64,000 bases of DNA, taken from NCBI GenBank assembly GCA_964589735.1, contig CAZPUL010000002.1, forward strand, positions 8,176 to 72,175, written 5' to 3'. Each line of letters begins with the position of its first letter. Positions within the stretch are counted from its first letter, which is position 1. This DNA is from an uncultured Verrucomicrobiota bacterium. Its GTDB lineage: Bacteria > Verrucomicrobiota > Verrucomicrobiia > Limisphaerales > JAEYXS01. Position numbers and translations under genes: made by a program. The notes under the pieces are model-generated. The model made no database searches, was not told the DNA's origin, and saw only the letters and a program-made list of their open reading frames with translations. This document shows positions 1 to 9,336 of this stretch, piece by piece.

Positions 1-456
1 AAGAACGGCACGAATCCGTTGCCGGGCGCTCAGTGTTCTTGGGATGACCTTGTCATCGTGACGCTCTCCGAATTCGGCCGCACCACCATCCAGAACAGCT
101 CCGGTGGCACGGACCATGCCGAGGCCGGCCTGATGATGGTGGCGGGTGGCGGGGTGCGCGGTGTGGGCAAGGACGGTGCGACGAGCGCCATCCTCGGCTG
201 CCATCCGAATGATTCCGTCCCGTGGGTCACGGGGCAGACGGGCAGCATGTTCGGCGTCAGCAGCCGCTATCTGAAGCGCTCGTACGATTACCGCTCGGTG
301 TTGGGACGCATCATCCGCGACCACCTGGGTGCGACCCAAGGCCAGTTGGACCGCATCATCCCGGGTTACCTCGACAGCCGCGAGAAGCTCCTGAGCGGCG
401 GCACGAACACCATCGACAATACCGTCATCGCTGGTGAACCGGACCTTATCGCGTGA
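1..456 (+). CDS. DUF1501 domain-containing protein (sulfatase-like fold), C-terminal fragment; 5' end lies outside the window
   Basis: The frame is open from base 1, with no stop before the TTG at 19. 'TLSEFGRTTIQNSSGGTDHAEAGLMMVAGGGVRG' parallels '[36 protein letters not shown]' of the full-length DUF1501 paralogue at 51785..53083. Confidence 0.8.
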   Translation, partial: KNGTNPLPGAQCSWDDLVIVTLSEFGRTTIQNSSGGTDHAEAGLMMVAGGGVRGVGKDGATSAILGCHPNDSVPWVTGQTGSMFGVSSRYLKRSYDYRSVLGRIIRDHLGATQGQLDRIIPGYLDSREKLLSGGTNTIDNTVIAGEPDLIA

Positions 457-481
457 TGTGCATCCGTTGCCTGAAATAAAA

Positions 482-504
482 AAGCGCGGGCATTGCCCGC
501 GCTT
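482..504. terminator. Bidirectional hairpin terminator between convergent genes
   Basis: AAGCGCGGGCA/TTGCCCGCGCTT is a perfect GC-rich stem flanked by an A-run (5') and TTGG..AAAATTT (3'). Confidence 0.6.
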
Positions 505-526
505 GGAAAATTTACGTGCTCGTCGC

Positions 527-1237
527 TTACTTCGCTGCCGTCAGCTTGGCTTTCGTCTTGCCCCAACCCTCATTCGGCAGCGCCTCCCACACACGCAGGT
601 TGCGGAACGAAGCCGATTCACCGGAAACGGTGAACCCGAAATTAGCCTTGGAAGTCGCAATCAGTTCATTCGCACCCGCGACCGCCTTGCCATCGATATG
701 GGCGACCATCTCATCGCCCTTGAGCTCGAGCACCACGGTTTTCCAGACACCGGGTTTGATGTCCACCTTTTGCGTGCCGAACTTCACGGCTTTATCCGGC
801 CCCTCATGGTCGTGGTCATCCTTTTGCGCGGTGAAACCGTCCTTGTTGATGAGCACGCGGCAGACGTGTTCTTTCGCGTCATTGATGCTCAGGGTGGTCA
901 TCCGGCAACCATCCACCCGCACGTCATACTGGATGACGACGTCCTTGTATTGCAGGGGGAAACGGGCGACCGCGCCATGCTTGTCCTCTTTCAGTTCGGT
1001 GCCTTTCATCGCCCCGTCCGCGAACTCCCATTTGCCGGGGCGCAAACGCCAGCCCTTGGTCCACGCTTCGCCTTTCTTCACTGCCGGCGCAGCTTCCACC
1101 TGTTTGGTGAAATCTTCGCTCAGGAGCAGCTTGCCGCGCTCGGTCATGAGCGTTTTGGGATCGGCCGCGTGAAGTTGGGTCAGGGCCAGTGTACCGGCCA
1201 AGGTCAGGAATCGGGTCAGAGTTTTCATGGTGTTCAA
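527..1237 (-). CDS. Secreted DUF1080 / 3-keto-disaccharide-hydrolase-like (LamG-type beta-sandwich) protein
   Basis: Sec signal 'MNTMKTLTRFLTLAGTLALTQLHA'. The body is ~210 aa with 'GWRLRPGKWEFADGAMKG' and 'FRNLRVWE', typical of this family. Called by eye. Confidence 0.6.
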   Translation of the reverse strand: MNTMKTLTRFLTLAGTLALTQLHAADPKTLMTERGKLLLSEDFTKQVEAAPAVKKGEAWTKGWRLRPGKWEFADGAMKGTELKEDKHGAVARFPLQYKDVVIQYDVRVDGCRMTTLSINDAKEHVCRVLINKDGFTAQKDDHDHEGPDKAVKFGTQKVDIKPGVWKTVVLELKGDEMVAHIDGKAVAGANELIATSKANFGFTVSGESASFRNLRVWEALPNEGWGKTKAKLTAAK

Positions 1238-1329
1238 GGAAGCCAGACGCCGAAGCAGCTACGGAAGTTACAGCCAGCTTGTACGCTTGGCTTTTCTGCC
1301 GCAACCCGGCACAACCACAGGAGCAAGAC

Positions 1330-2118
1330 GTGAGAAAAGCATACACATCGGCCCTGATCGTGACCGCCGTGGCTTGGGGCAGTGGCGCAGCACTGGCGGA
1401 GACGGTGCAACTGACGCCCACCGCCGATACCACCCTCATCGCCGTGAGTCCGGACAACAATCTCGGCGGCAAATCGTTCTTCAACGCCGGCACCACGCAG
1501 AATTTCACCAAGAACCGCGGTCTCATCCTTTTCGATCCTCTCTCGATCGTTCCCGCCGGAGCCATTATCCAGTCAGTTTCCGTGAAGTTCGAGGTGCTGG
1601 GCCAGCCGGTGGATGGTTATGCTCCGGGCATGTTTGGTCTGCATCGCATGAATGTTTCCTGGGGCGAGGGCGACAAGAATCCCTCCACGCAAGTCGGTCT
1701 CGGCCTGCCCGCCACGACGGGCGAAGCGACTTGGAACAATCGGTTTCATGGACAGGGTCTGCCATGGTCCCAACCGGGTGGGGAGGCGGGCGTGGACTTT
1801 GTTGCCCAGGCCAGCTCCAGTCAGATCGTGTATGATGTCGGCAACTCGCCTTACATCTTCGACTCCACCTCGGCGCTGGTTTCCGATGTGCAATACTGGC
1901 TGGACAATCCCGGCCAGAATCATGGCTGGATGCTGAAGCTGGCGGATGAATCAGTGGACTTCACTTCCCGCCGCTTTGGTGCCAGTGAAGGACCGGATGC
2001 CGCCATTCTATCCATCCAGTACGCCATGGTGCCTGAACCAGGAGCAATGCTGCTCATGGGGCTGGGCGGCGCGGCTCTCTGCGCTCGCTTACGCAATCGC
2101 CGTTTGTTGAAACGTTGA
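1330..2118 (+). CDS. PEP-CTERM sorting-domain secreted protein (DNRLRE/CBM96-like beta-sandwich body, low confidence for the body)
   Basis: GTG at 1330 is preceded by AGGAG (1318..1322). Signal 'ALIVTAVAWGSGAALA'. The C-terminus 'VPEPGAMLLMGLGGAALCARLRNRR' is VPEP + TM helix + basic tail. The track start at 1189 is rejected. Confidence 0.8.
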   Translation: MRKAYTSALIVTAVAWGSGAALAETVQLTPTADTTLIAVSPDNNLGGKSFFNAGTTQNFTKNRGLILFDPLSIVPAGAIIQSVSVKFEVLGQPVDGYAPGMFGLHRMNVSWGEGDKNPSTQVGLGLPATTGEATWNNRFHGQGLPWSQPGGEAGVDFVAQASSSQIVYDVGNSPYIFDSTSALVSDVQYWLDNPGQNHGWMLKLADESVDFTSRRFGASEGPDAAILSIQYAMVPEPGAMLLMGLGGAALCARLRNRRLLKR

Positions 2119-2180
2119 TTGGTTAAATGGTTGAAACGTGAATCGATTCACGCTTTAACGCCTTTAACGATTCAACGAAT
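2119..2180. repeat. Word-repeat family W, copy 1 (TTAAACG/GATTCAACG words) with 8+8 palindrome CGTGAATC|GATTCACG (2137..2152)
   Basis: 'GGTTAAATGGTTGAAACG' and 'CTTTAACGATTCAACG' recur at 42346..42410, and related words recur at 32285..32330. It lies between convergent gene ends. Confidence 0.7.
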
Positions 2181-2186
2181 TCCGAC

Positions 2187-3146
2187 CTATTTAGGCAGCC
2201 ACTTCTCCCACTGCTTGGCGATCTGTTCCACGTTCTCCTTCTTCACTTCCATGAGTTGCGTGTTGTCGATGGCTTTCGTCGGATTCTTCTTCAAGTGCAG
2301 CTTGTTCACCAAGTGCTCTACAGAGCGCCAGCCGTAGTTATACACATCCTGGCCGAGCAGCAATTGCACATGGCCGCTGCGCACGTAGCCGAGCTGTTGG
2401 GGCAGCGCATCCACGGAGACGCATTTCACCGTGCCGGCGGGCCACTTGAGCGCGTTGTCCGTGAAGAGCGGCCAGCCGCCGAGAAAGCCCCAGCCGGTGA
2501 TGTCCGGATTCGCCTGCATGACCTGCTCGATGCGCGCGACAGCGTCTTGCGGAGTCTCCTTATGATAGAAGATGTCCACGATGCGGATGCCGGGGTAAGC
2601 CTTCGCGCCCGCGCGGAAACCAGCAGCACGTTGCTGGAGGTTCGCCGCATTCGGATTGCCGTCGATGGCCGCCACGACACCTTTGCCGTTCAACAATTTG
2701 GCGAGCGATTCAAAGGTGGCCTTGCCGCATTCAAAATCATCGATGCCCACGGAGACAAAGCGCTGGCTGTTTGGTGCGTCGCCGGAGAAGGTCAGCACGG
2801 GCACACCATTCTTCACGGCCTTATTGATGGCGTCCGTGAGTTTGATGGCGTCTGAGCAACTGATGATGATGCCGTCCGCGCCGTTGAGCACGAGCTGCTC
2901 GATGTATTCCGCCTGCTTCTGCGCGTCCTCTTCGTTCGGCGTCCGCCAGTCGATCTTGATCTTGATGCCGTGCTTGGCGGCGAGTTCCTTGGCCGCATCA
3001 TTCGCTCCCGCCCGTGCCGCCTCAAAGAACGGATTGCCCTGCGATTTCGCGATCATACCAAAGGTGTAAGTGCGTTGGGCAAAGGAGGTTTGCGGCATGA
3101 GGAAGGCAGCCGCGAACAACGCCAAAAGGAATGTGAAACGGGTCAT
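2187..3146 (-). CDS. Periplasmic sugar-binding protein (type I PBP fold, ABC-type substrate-binding domain), orphan
   Basis: 'YTFGMIAKSQGNPFFEAARAGANDAAKE', 'NGADGIIISCSD' and 'VPVLTFSGD'. A signal peptide starts at the internal Met (3146); the track start 3203 is possible. No permease or ATPase gene is adjacent. Confidence 0.75.
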   Translation of the reverse strand: MTRFTFLLALFAAAFLMPQTSFAQRTYTFGMIAKSQGNPFFEAARAGANDAAKELAAKHGIKIKIDWRTPNEEDAQKQAEYIEQLVLNGADGIIISCSDAIKLTDAINKAVKNGVPVLTFSGDAPNSQRFVSVGIDDFECGKATFESLAKLLNGKGVVAAIDGNPNAANLQQRAAGFRAGAKAYPGIRIVDIFYHKETPQDAVARIEQVMQANPDITGWGFLGGWPLFTDNALKWPAGTVKCVSVDALPQQLGYVRSGHVQLLLGQDVYNYGWRSVEHLVNKLHLKKNPTKAIDNTQLMEVKKENVEQIAKQWEKWLPK

Positions 3147-3251
3147 GCGAATGAGTGTATGGGTTGAGCGGGAAAAATCAAACCACAGAATGAGAGGCTT
3201 CATCCCTATTCCCGAACTTGCCTTCCTTCTTTGATGTGAAAGGATTCGGCT

Positions 3252-4244
3252 ATGTTCACCCGCTGGTTACCATCTCTACTGCTTGGCTTCACCGTGCTTG
3301 CTTCTGTCGATAAGGCTGTCGGAGCTGAGCCCGCTGTTGGCATACGGGGTGAAGTCGGGTGCAAGAGTAGTCCGATGAAAGTGGACCGGCTGGTGATCGA
3401 CAAGCCGGGCGTTTACGAAAACATCCAGGTGGATGGCAAATGGGTGGCCAGCAATCTGGTGAAGATCACCGCTGACAACGTCACCCTGCGCAACTGCGAG
3501 ATCTTTAATGGTCGCCACAATGGCATCACGGTCTATGCGACCAATGTGGTCATCGAATCCTGCAAGATCCATCATCTGCTCAATGGCACCTTCAAAGACC
3601 AGCAGGACGCCCACGGTATCACCGGACGTCCGCAGAATCTGGTGATCCGGAATTGTGAGATCTACTACGTCTCCGGTGATTCGGTGCAATTTGATCCGGG
3701 TCGCGGCCCGTGGGACAATGTGCTGATCGAGAATTGCACGTTCTGGAACGGACCACTGCCCGCTGATGCTGCGGGTTTCAAGAAAGGCGAACGTCCGGGC
3801 GAAAATGCGCTGGATACGAAACAATCCACCAAGAATCCCCGGAGCCGGATCACCTTGCGCAACTGTGTGTTCTACGGCTGGAACCAACCCGGCCAGATCG
3901 ACAACCTCGCCGCGTTGAATTTGAAGAATCACGTCGAGGTAAAGGTCGAACGATGCCTGTTCCGGGATAACGAGATCTGCCTGCGCCTGCGCGGTCCCGG
4001 CAGTGGCAACGGGCAATACGGTGGTGCCTTGGTCACCGTTGATGATTGCGCGGTTTATGATTCAACCGTTGCCCTGCGCCTCGAGGACAAGATCGTGAAT
4101 CTGAAGATTTCCCGGCTGGGCATTGGTCAGGGAATCAAAACGAAGGTGGTGTCCGCAGGTGGCGGCGCAGGAGCGGGTTTTGTGAATGAGGGGGAATACT
4201 CACCACCGCCGTATGATCAGATGTTGCGGAACTGGCGGCCTTGA
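3252..4244 (+). CDS. Secreted right-handed parallel beta-helix repeat protein (pectate-lyase-fold)
   Basis: Signal peptide present. Coils recur as 'NVTLRNCEI', 'NVVIESCKI', 'NLVIRNCEI', 'NVLIENCTF' and 'ITLRNCVF'. Confidence 0.75.
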   Translation: MFTRWLPSLLLGFTVLASVDKAVGAEPAVGIRGEVGCKSSPMKVDRLVIDKPGVYENIQVDGKWVASNLVKITADNVTLRNCEIFNGRHNGITVYATNVVIESCKIHHLLNGTFKDQQDAHGITGRPQNLVIRNCEIYYVSGDSVQFDPGRGPWDNVLIENCTFWNGPLPADAAGFKKGERPGENALDTKQSTKNPRSRITLRNCVFYGWNQPGQIDNLAALNLKNHVEVKVERCLFRDNEICLRLRGPGSGNGQYGGALVTVDDCAVYDSTVALRLEDKIVNLKISRLGIGQGIKTKVVSAGGGAGAGFVNEGEYSPPPYDQMLRNWRP

Positions 4245-4256
4245 GATGGGCAATCT

Positions 4257-4925
4257 CTAACCAACGGCGAGCAGTTTCACCTGCCGCGCATTGATCATCG
4301 CATTTAACCGCTCTTCCAGTCCCTCCACCGCTTCCGCGAAAATCTCCTGGCAATCATCTTCCGTGATGGGCAGGGATTTGCTGGCGGAGTGGACGAAGCC
4401 GGCCAGGCTTTGCCGGGAGTAGCTGATGAGGCCTTGGCGCAGCGGCAGCGAGAACTGTTGCAGTGCCAATCCATACACGAGCACATGCCAGCCGTGGGCT
4501 TTGTTCTCATCCACGGCTTGCAGATAGCGCATCACCACACGTTGATCGCGCAGGGGACGCAGGCGTTTCAATTTGCTGCGGCCGACGCGTTGGCTGGCGG
4601 AGGCGAGGTCTTTCTCGCTGAAGATCGTTTCCAACTGCTGGTCGAGCGTGATGAGGTCGCGGGCGAAGCCTTGCTGGGCGAATTGATGGGCCTGCAAGAT
4701 GGCGGGCAGCTCGATGGCTTCAAGGATTTGCTGCCGGTAATGGCTGAGAAACTGGCGTAGCGTGGCGGCGTCCTGCACCTTGGGCAGATGCCACGCAGAC
4801 GCAGCGCGGCCCAAGGCGAGAAATCCCTCCGGTGTGCTCACTTGCTCGAGCAACGGATTCGGATCGCCCAAAACCTCGGCGGCCTCACCGGTCAATCTGG
4901 CAGCATCGTCGAACACTTCGTGCAA
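4257..4925 (-). CDS. Hypothetical protein (helical, cytoplasmic)
   Basis: It is the only ORF with coding-like composition in this interval. I recognise no motif; see the rejected UreF/EboA idea. Confidence 0.55.
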   Translation of the reverse strand: MHEVFDDAARLTGEAAEVLGDPNPLLEQVSTPEGFLALGRAASAWHLPKVQDAATLRQFLSHYRQQILEAIELPAILQAHQFAQQGFARDLITLDQQLETIFSEKDLASASQRVGRSKLKRLRPLRDQRVVMRYLQAVDENKAHGWHVLVYGLALQQFSLPLRQGLISYSRQSLAGFVHSASKSLPITEDDCQEIFAEAVEGLEERLNAMINARQVKLLAVG

Positions 4926-5000
4926 CCTATCGCCAGCGGCCCCAGAATGCCAATCGGAAATGGGTGACAGACCGGTAAATTTTTATGCCCGCCAGCGAAC

Positions 5001-6524
5001 TTACTGCTTGGCAAACACCATCGGCGCACTCGCATTGCCGAACCGATTCACTGCCGTTAGAGCGATGGCATCCGCACCTTTGCCGCCGATGGCTTTCACC
5101 TTGGCCCGCGTGGTGCCGCTGCCATAGACATGCGTTTCCCAGTTGTTCCCGCGCTTCACTTGCAAGACCCAGTTCTGGATAGGATTGCCCGGCTCGATGC
5201 TCCATTGGATCTCGATCTCGCCCGAGCCGTTACCATTCTGCACCAGCAGCTTCGGCTTCGGTGGCGTACTCTGGCTGAGCCACGGTGAGGCGGGCACCAG
5301 CGCGTTATCTGTGTAGAAGCGGTCCATGAGCAGTTCCTGCACCTTGCCCTTGTTTGCAGCCAGCGGTTTGCTGTGCCACATCACATTGCCGGTGGAGCCC
5401 TTCTGTTTGCGCGTGAGCTCCATCTGGTGCTGGAAATCCGTGAGGGGCCATTTATCGATGATCTTGTCCAGATTGTTGCCCGGCCATATATGCCGCTTCT
5501 GCTTGTTGACGCTCACCCACCAGTCGAGCAGCAGGGGATAACTCTGTCCCGTCTCGCTCACGCCCCAGTAGAGCTGTGGCACATAATAATCACACCAGCC
5601 TTCCTCCAGCCACTTGCGCGAATCCGCATAAAGCTCCTTGTAAGCGTCCAACCCTTTCACTTCTTTCGGAAATCCCGGCCGCCAGATGCCGAAGGGGCTG
5701 ATGCCGAACTTCACCCAGGATTTCTCCTCCTTGACCATCTTGTAGAGTTTCTCCACGAAGATGTTCACGCTCTCCCGCCGCCAGTCGTCGCGCTCCAGCT
5801 TGCCGCCGTTTTTCTGATAACGGGCCCAGCTCACGTCATCCGGGAACTCCACCAGCTTGCCTTGCGCATCTTTCACCCGGTAGGGATAGAAATAATCGTC
5901 GATATGCACGCCATCGATGTCATAGCGCTTCACCACATCGCGGATGATCTTCAGCGAATACTCCTGCACATCAGGTTCGGAGGGATCGAGCCACAGGTAT
6001 GTTCCGTAACGCTTCACCAACTCCGGACGGGTCTTGCTGATGTGTGTGCTGGAGACCACGCCGGGCGAGGCGGTATTGCGTACGCGGTAAGGGTTGAACC
6101 ACGCGTGCAATTCCAAGCCACGCTTGTGCGCCTCTGCCACCGCGAATTCGAGCGGATCGTAATAGGGCTCGGGCGGCCTGCCCATCTCGCCGGTGAGATA
6201 CTCGGACCACGGCTCCAGCTTGGAAGCATAGAGCGCATCGCACATCGGCCGTATCTGCAGGATCACGGCGTTCTGATTCAGCTTCACTGCCAGGTCCAGC
6301 AGGGCGCGCAGTTCTTTTTGTTGCTCGCCGCTGGGCAATCCTTTTTTGGAAGGCCAGTCGATGTTCGACACGGTGGCGACCCACACTCCACGGAACTCAC
6401 GGTCGACGGCGGGCGGCTTGATCTCCGAGGGCTGATACGTGGCCGCCAAGACTGCACTGGAAAAGAGGATGGAGGCGATCAGACTGAGCCACCAGTGATT
6501 TCGGGGGAGAGATTTCACGCGCAA
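5001..6524 (-). CDS. Glycosyl-hydrolase-like family 10 (GHL10/DUF187, YngK-type) TIM-barrel protein, secreted
   Basis: 'REFRGVWVATVSNIDWPS' and 'DGVHIDDYFYP'. It has an N-terminal signal/anchor and a C-terminal beta-rich tail. Confidence 0.8.
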   Translation of the reverse strand: MRVKSLPRNHWWLSLIASILFSSAVLAATYQPSEIKPPAVDREFRGVWVATVSNIDWPSKKGLPSGEQQKELRALLDLAVKLNQNAVILQIRPMCDALYASKLEPWSEYLTGEMGRPPEPYYDPLEFAVAEAHKRGLELHAWFNPYRVRNTASPGVVSSTHISKTRPELVKRYGTYLWLDPSEPDVQEYSLKIIRDVVKRYDIDGVHIDDYFYPYRVKDAQGKLVEFPDDVSWARYQKNGGKLERDDWRRESVNIFVEKLYKMVKEEKSWVKFGISPFGIWRPGFPKEVKGLDAYKELYADSRKWLEEGWCDYYVPQLYWGVSETGQSYPLLLDWWVSVNKQKRHIWPGNNLDKIIDKWPLTDFQHQMELTRKQKGSTGNVMWHSKPLAANKGKVQELLMDRFYTDNALVPASPWLSQSTPPKPKLLVQNGNGSGEIEIQWSIEPGNPIQNWVLQVKRGNNWETHVYGSGTTRAKVKAIGGKGADAIALTAVNRFGNASAPMVFAKQ

Positions 6525-6602
6525 GCTTGATAAGTTGTGTTGCTGGCAAAGGCAAGCGCCATCAGCTTGACGGGCGTCTGCAGCCCATCAACCATCCTGC
6601 TC

Positions 6603-6971
6603 ATGGCCAAGAAAAATGAGTTCGTGTCGCACATCATCGAATCACTGGCCGCTTGGTCACCGGTGACGGCCCGCAGCATGTTCGGCGGTTACGGCATCTA
6701 CCGCGAGGATCGCATGTTCGCGCTCGTCGTCTACGACACGCTCTACTTCAAGGTAGACGAAATCAGCCGCCCGGAATTCGAATCCGCCGGTCTGGCTCCC
6801 TTCACTTATGGCGAAAACCGCGTGGTCATGGCCTATTATCATCCGCCGTTGACCGCCTTGGATGACCCGCAAGAACTGGCCGCCTGGGCGGAGAAAGGGT
6901 GGCAGGCGGCGATGCGTGCCACCGTCAAGCCGAAGAAGAAAACAGCCAAACAGCCCAAGAAAGCCGTCTGA
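6603..6971 (+). CDS. TfoX/Sxy family protein
   Basis: ATG at 6603. 'ARSMFGGYGIYREDRMFALVVYDTLYFKVD' is the TfoX N-domain signature. Lys-rich tail. Confidence 0.75.
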   Translation: MAKKNEFVSHIIESLAAWSPVTARSMFGGYGIYREDRMFALVVYDTLYFKVDEISRPEFESAGLAPFTYGENRVVMAYYHPPLTALDDPQELAAWAEKGWQAAMRATVKPKKKTAKQPKKAV

Positions 6972-7089
6972 AGCCCTTGATGCCAATGAAGTTGCCGCCT
7001 TTTCTTGAACGCCAAGCCTTTGCCAACTGCCTAAACTTTGGCTCAATAAATTCTGGCCTGAGAGCGTCAAAAGGCTAAGCTTGAAAAAC

Positions 7090-8298
7090 ATGTCCATCAT
7101 AGAGCGCACAGTCACGGTTAGCTGGCGTTGCCGCGTCCACTTCACGCAGCATGTCTTCGATCTGGGGAATACGACGCTGCGGGATACGCTGGCGGAGGCT
7201 GAACCGCAGAAGGTCCATAAGGCCTTCATCGTGGTCGATGAATCGCTGGCCAAGGCGCAGCCGGACCTGTTGAGCCGCATCGAGGCCTATTTCCGCGCCC
7301 ACGCGGACCGGCTGAAGCTCATGGGTTCGCCCATGATCCTCGAAGGTGGCGAGCGTGTGAAGAATTCCTACTTCCACGTTTCCGAGATACAATCGCATCT
7401 CGAACGCCACCATATCGACCGCCATTCCTACCTCATCGCCATCGGTGGTGGCGCGATCCTGGATGTCGTCGGCCTGGCGGCGGCGACGGCGCATCGCGGT
7501 GTCCGCCATGTGCGCATCCCGACTACGACCTTGGCCCAGGATGATTCCGGCGTAGGCGTGAAGAACGGCATCAACGCCTTCGGTAAAAAGAATTTCATCG
7601 GCACTTTTTGTCCGCCTTACGCCGTCATCAATGACTTCTCACTGCTCTCGTCTCTGCCTGAGCGTGATAAGCGCAACGGCTATGTGGAGGCGGTGAAGGT
7701 GGCGCTCATTCGGGATCGCGAGTTTTTTGAACGCATCGAGAAAGATGCTGCTGCGCTCGCTCGCTTCGACGCGGAGGCCATGCGCCCGCTGATCTATCGC
7801 AGTGCGGAACTGCATCTGAACCACATCGCCACGGGCGGCGATGCGTTTGAGTTTGGCTCTGCGCGACCCTTGGATTTCGGCCACTGGGCGGCGCACAAGC
7901 TGGAGCAGGTGTCGGATTACCGCATCCGCCATGGGGAAGCGGTGGCGGTGGGCATCGCGCTGGATACGGTCTATGCACGCCGAATGGGATATCTGGATGC
8001 CCAGTCCTGCGAACGAGTACTCGCCTTGCTGGAGAAGCTGGGCTTTGAATTGTTCGCCAACGAACTGCTGCTCGCGGATGGCACCGGCAATCTGGTGCTG
8101 CTGAACGGTCTGGAAGAATTCCGCGAGCATCTCGGCGGTCAACTCACGATCACGTTGCTGCGGGGCATCGGCGAAGGCTTCGAGACGCACGAGATGGTGC
8201 CGGCGAAGATTGTTGCTTCCATCCAGGAATTGCAGGAACGTCAGGCCATGCGCGAACAGCGCATCGTCCCGCTCACGGGCCGTCAAAAAGCTTCATAG
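7090..8298 (+). CDS. 3-dehydroquinate-synthase-like sugar-phosphate cyclase (EboD-like candidate rather than AroB)
   Basis: 'AIGGGAILDVVG', 'RIPTTTLAQDDSGVGVKNGIN' (compare DHQS 'PTTLLAQVDSSVGGKTGVN') and 'RHGEAVAVGIA' (metal His). ATG at 7090. At ~400 aa it is longer than a typical AroB. Confidence 0.75.
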   Translation: MSIIERTVTVSWRCRVHFTQHVFDLGNTTLRDTLAEAEPQKVHKAFIVVDESLAKAQPDLLSRIEAYFRAHADRLKLMGSPMILEGGERVKNSYFHVSEIQSHLERHHIDRHSYLIAIGGGAILDVVGLAAATAHRGVRHVRIPTTTLAQDDSGVGVKNGINAFGKKNFIGTFCPPYAVINDFSLLSSLPERDKRNGYVEAVKVALIRDREFFERIEKDAAALARFDAEAMRPLIYRSAELHLNHIATGGDAFEFGSARPLDFGHWAAHKLEQVSDYRIRHGEAVAVGIALDTVYARRMGYLDAQSCERVLALLEKLGFELFANELLLADGTGNLVLLNGLEEFREHLGGQLTITLLRGIGEGFETHEMVPAKIVASIQELQERQAMREQRIVPLTGRQKAS

Positions 8299-8300
8299 CC

Positions 8301-9239
8301 ATGAATCGCCGCCGTTTTATCGGTCTGACCGCAACGCTCGGTGGCGGTCTTCTGACCGGAGCGGTGAAGGCGGCGGACGCTGGCAAGCCCGTGGGATTTG
8401 CGGTGGCCGGTTACCTGCCTGATTATCGGATCAGCGCCAAGAACCTTGCTCGTACGCAGCATCTTACCGACCTGATCGCCTTCTCCATTGAGCCGCGCGA
8501 CACCGGCGATCTGGAGTTTCGCTCCTGGGATGCCGGGGCTTTTGCCCTCCTGCGCAAGGCCCGTACCGATCATGGCTGCCGCCTGCTGGCTTGTCTGGGC
8601 GGTTGGGAACGCTCGGATGGGTTTCGTGCTGCGCTCAGTTCGGCCGAGGCCCGAGGCCGGCTGGTGCAAAACATCCGCACCCTCTGCGAAGAGGAGAAAC
8701 TGGATGGCATAGACCTGGATTGGGAACACCCGAAGACTTTGGGTGAGGCCCGCGATTACGGCGTCTTCATGGAATTGCTTAAGCTGGCCCTCGGCCCGGG
8801 CAAGCTGCTCACGGCCGCTGTGGCGGTGGATCAGACCTGGTGGGGAGAAAGCGTGAATCATCTGGATCGTGTCCACCTGATGGCTTATGACCAGCCGGGG
8901 CGTCACGCCACGGTGCAAGGCGCGGAAGCGGCCATCGACCGCTGGATCGATCATGGTGTGCCGGCCGGCAAGCTTTGTCTCGGACTCCCTCTTTACGGAC
9001 GCGGCATGACCCAGCGGGAACGGGCCATGGCCTACAGCGACATGGTGAACAAACCCGATTTCCGCACGGAAGCGGATGAATGGGACGGGCTATATTTCAA
9101 CGGCCCTTCCACCCTCGCGGCCAAGGTGGCCCTGGCGAAAAAGAAAAAGCTGGCCGGAGTGTTCGTGTGGGAGATCGGCCAGGATGCGGATGAGGACAAG
9201 TCCTTGCTGAAGGGCATCAAGGCGGCGGTGAAGAGTTAG
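8301..9239 (+). CDS. Glycoside hydrolase family 18 (chitinase-like) protein with Tat signal
   Basis: 'MNRRRFIGLTATLGGGLL'. Intact catalytic 'LDGIDLDWEHP' (DxxDxDxE) at ~8704..8727. It starts 3 nt after the upstream stop. Confidence 0.8.
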   Translation: MNRRRFIGLTATLGGGLLTGAVKAADAGKPVGFAVAGYLPDYRISAKNLARTQHLTDLIAFSIEPRDTGDLEFRSWDAGAFALLRKARTDHGCRLLACLGGWERSDGFRAALSSAEARGRLVQNIRTLCEEEKLDGIDLDWEHPKTLGEARDYGVFMELLKLALGPGKLLTAAVAVDQTWWGESVNHLDRVHLMAYDQPGRHATVQGAEAAIDRWIDHGVPAGKLCLGLPLYGRGMTQRERAMAYSDMVNKPDFRTEADEWDGLYFNGPSTLAAKVALAKKKKLAGVFVWEIGQDADEDKSLLKGIKAAVKS

Positions 9240-9336
9240 GACCTCAGCTACGCGCTTGATTTCGATGTTGTTGAAACGCTGGCAACGAAGCTTTTCTCCT
9301 TTAGCTATTTCCCTGTTTCCCACACCCTGACAGTTC

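Noticed and set aside
2187-3146. An ABC sugar-uptake operon around the periplasmic binding protein.
   Set aside because: No permease or ATPase genes are adjacent. Only the orphan binding protein can be supported.
4257-4925. Assigning the 222-aa helical protein as UreF-like or EboA-like, which would extend the ebo idea.
   Set aside because: I can align no diagnostic motif by eye. It is on the opposite strand and is separated from the cyclase operon by two unrelated genes. It is left as hypothetical.
5373-6530. A 385-aa + strand ORF opposite the GHL10 gene. Similar cases are 22537..23814, 16752..17738, 46719..47897, 57653..58663 and 33694..34953.
   Set aside because: All are antisense shadows of genes with clear family motifs.
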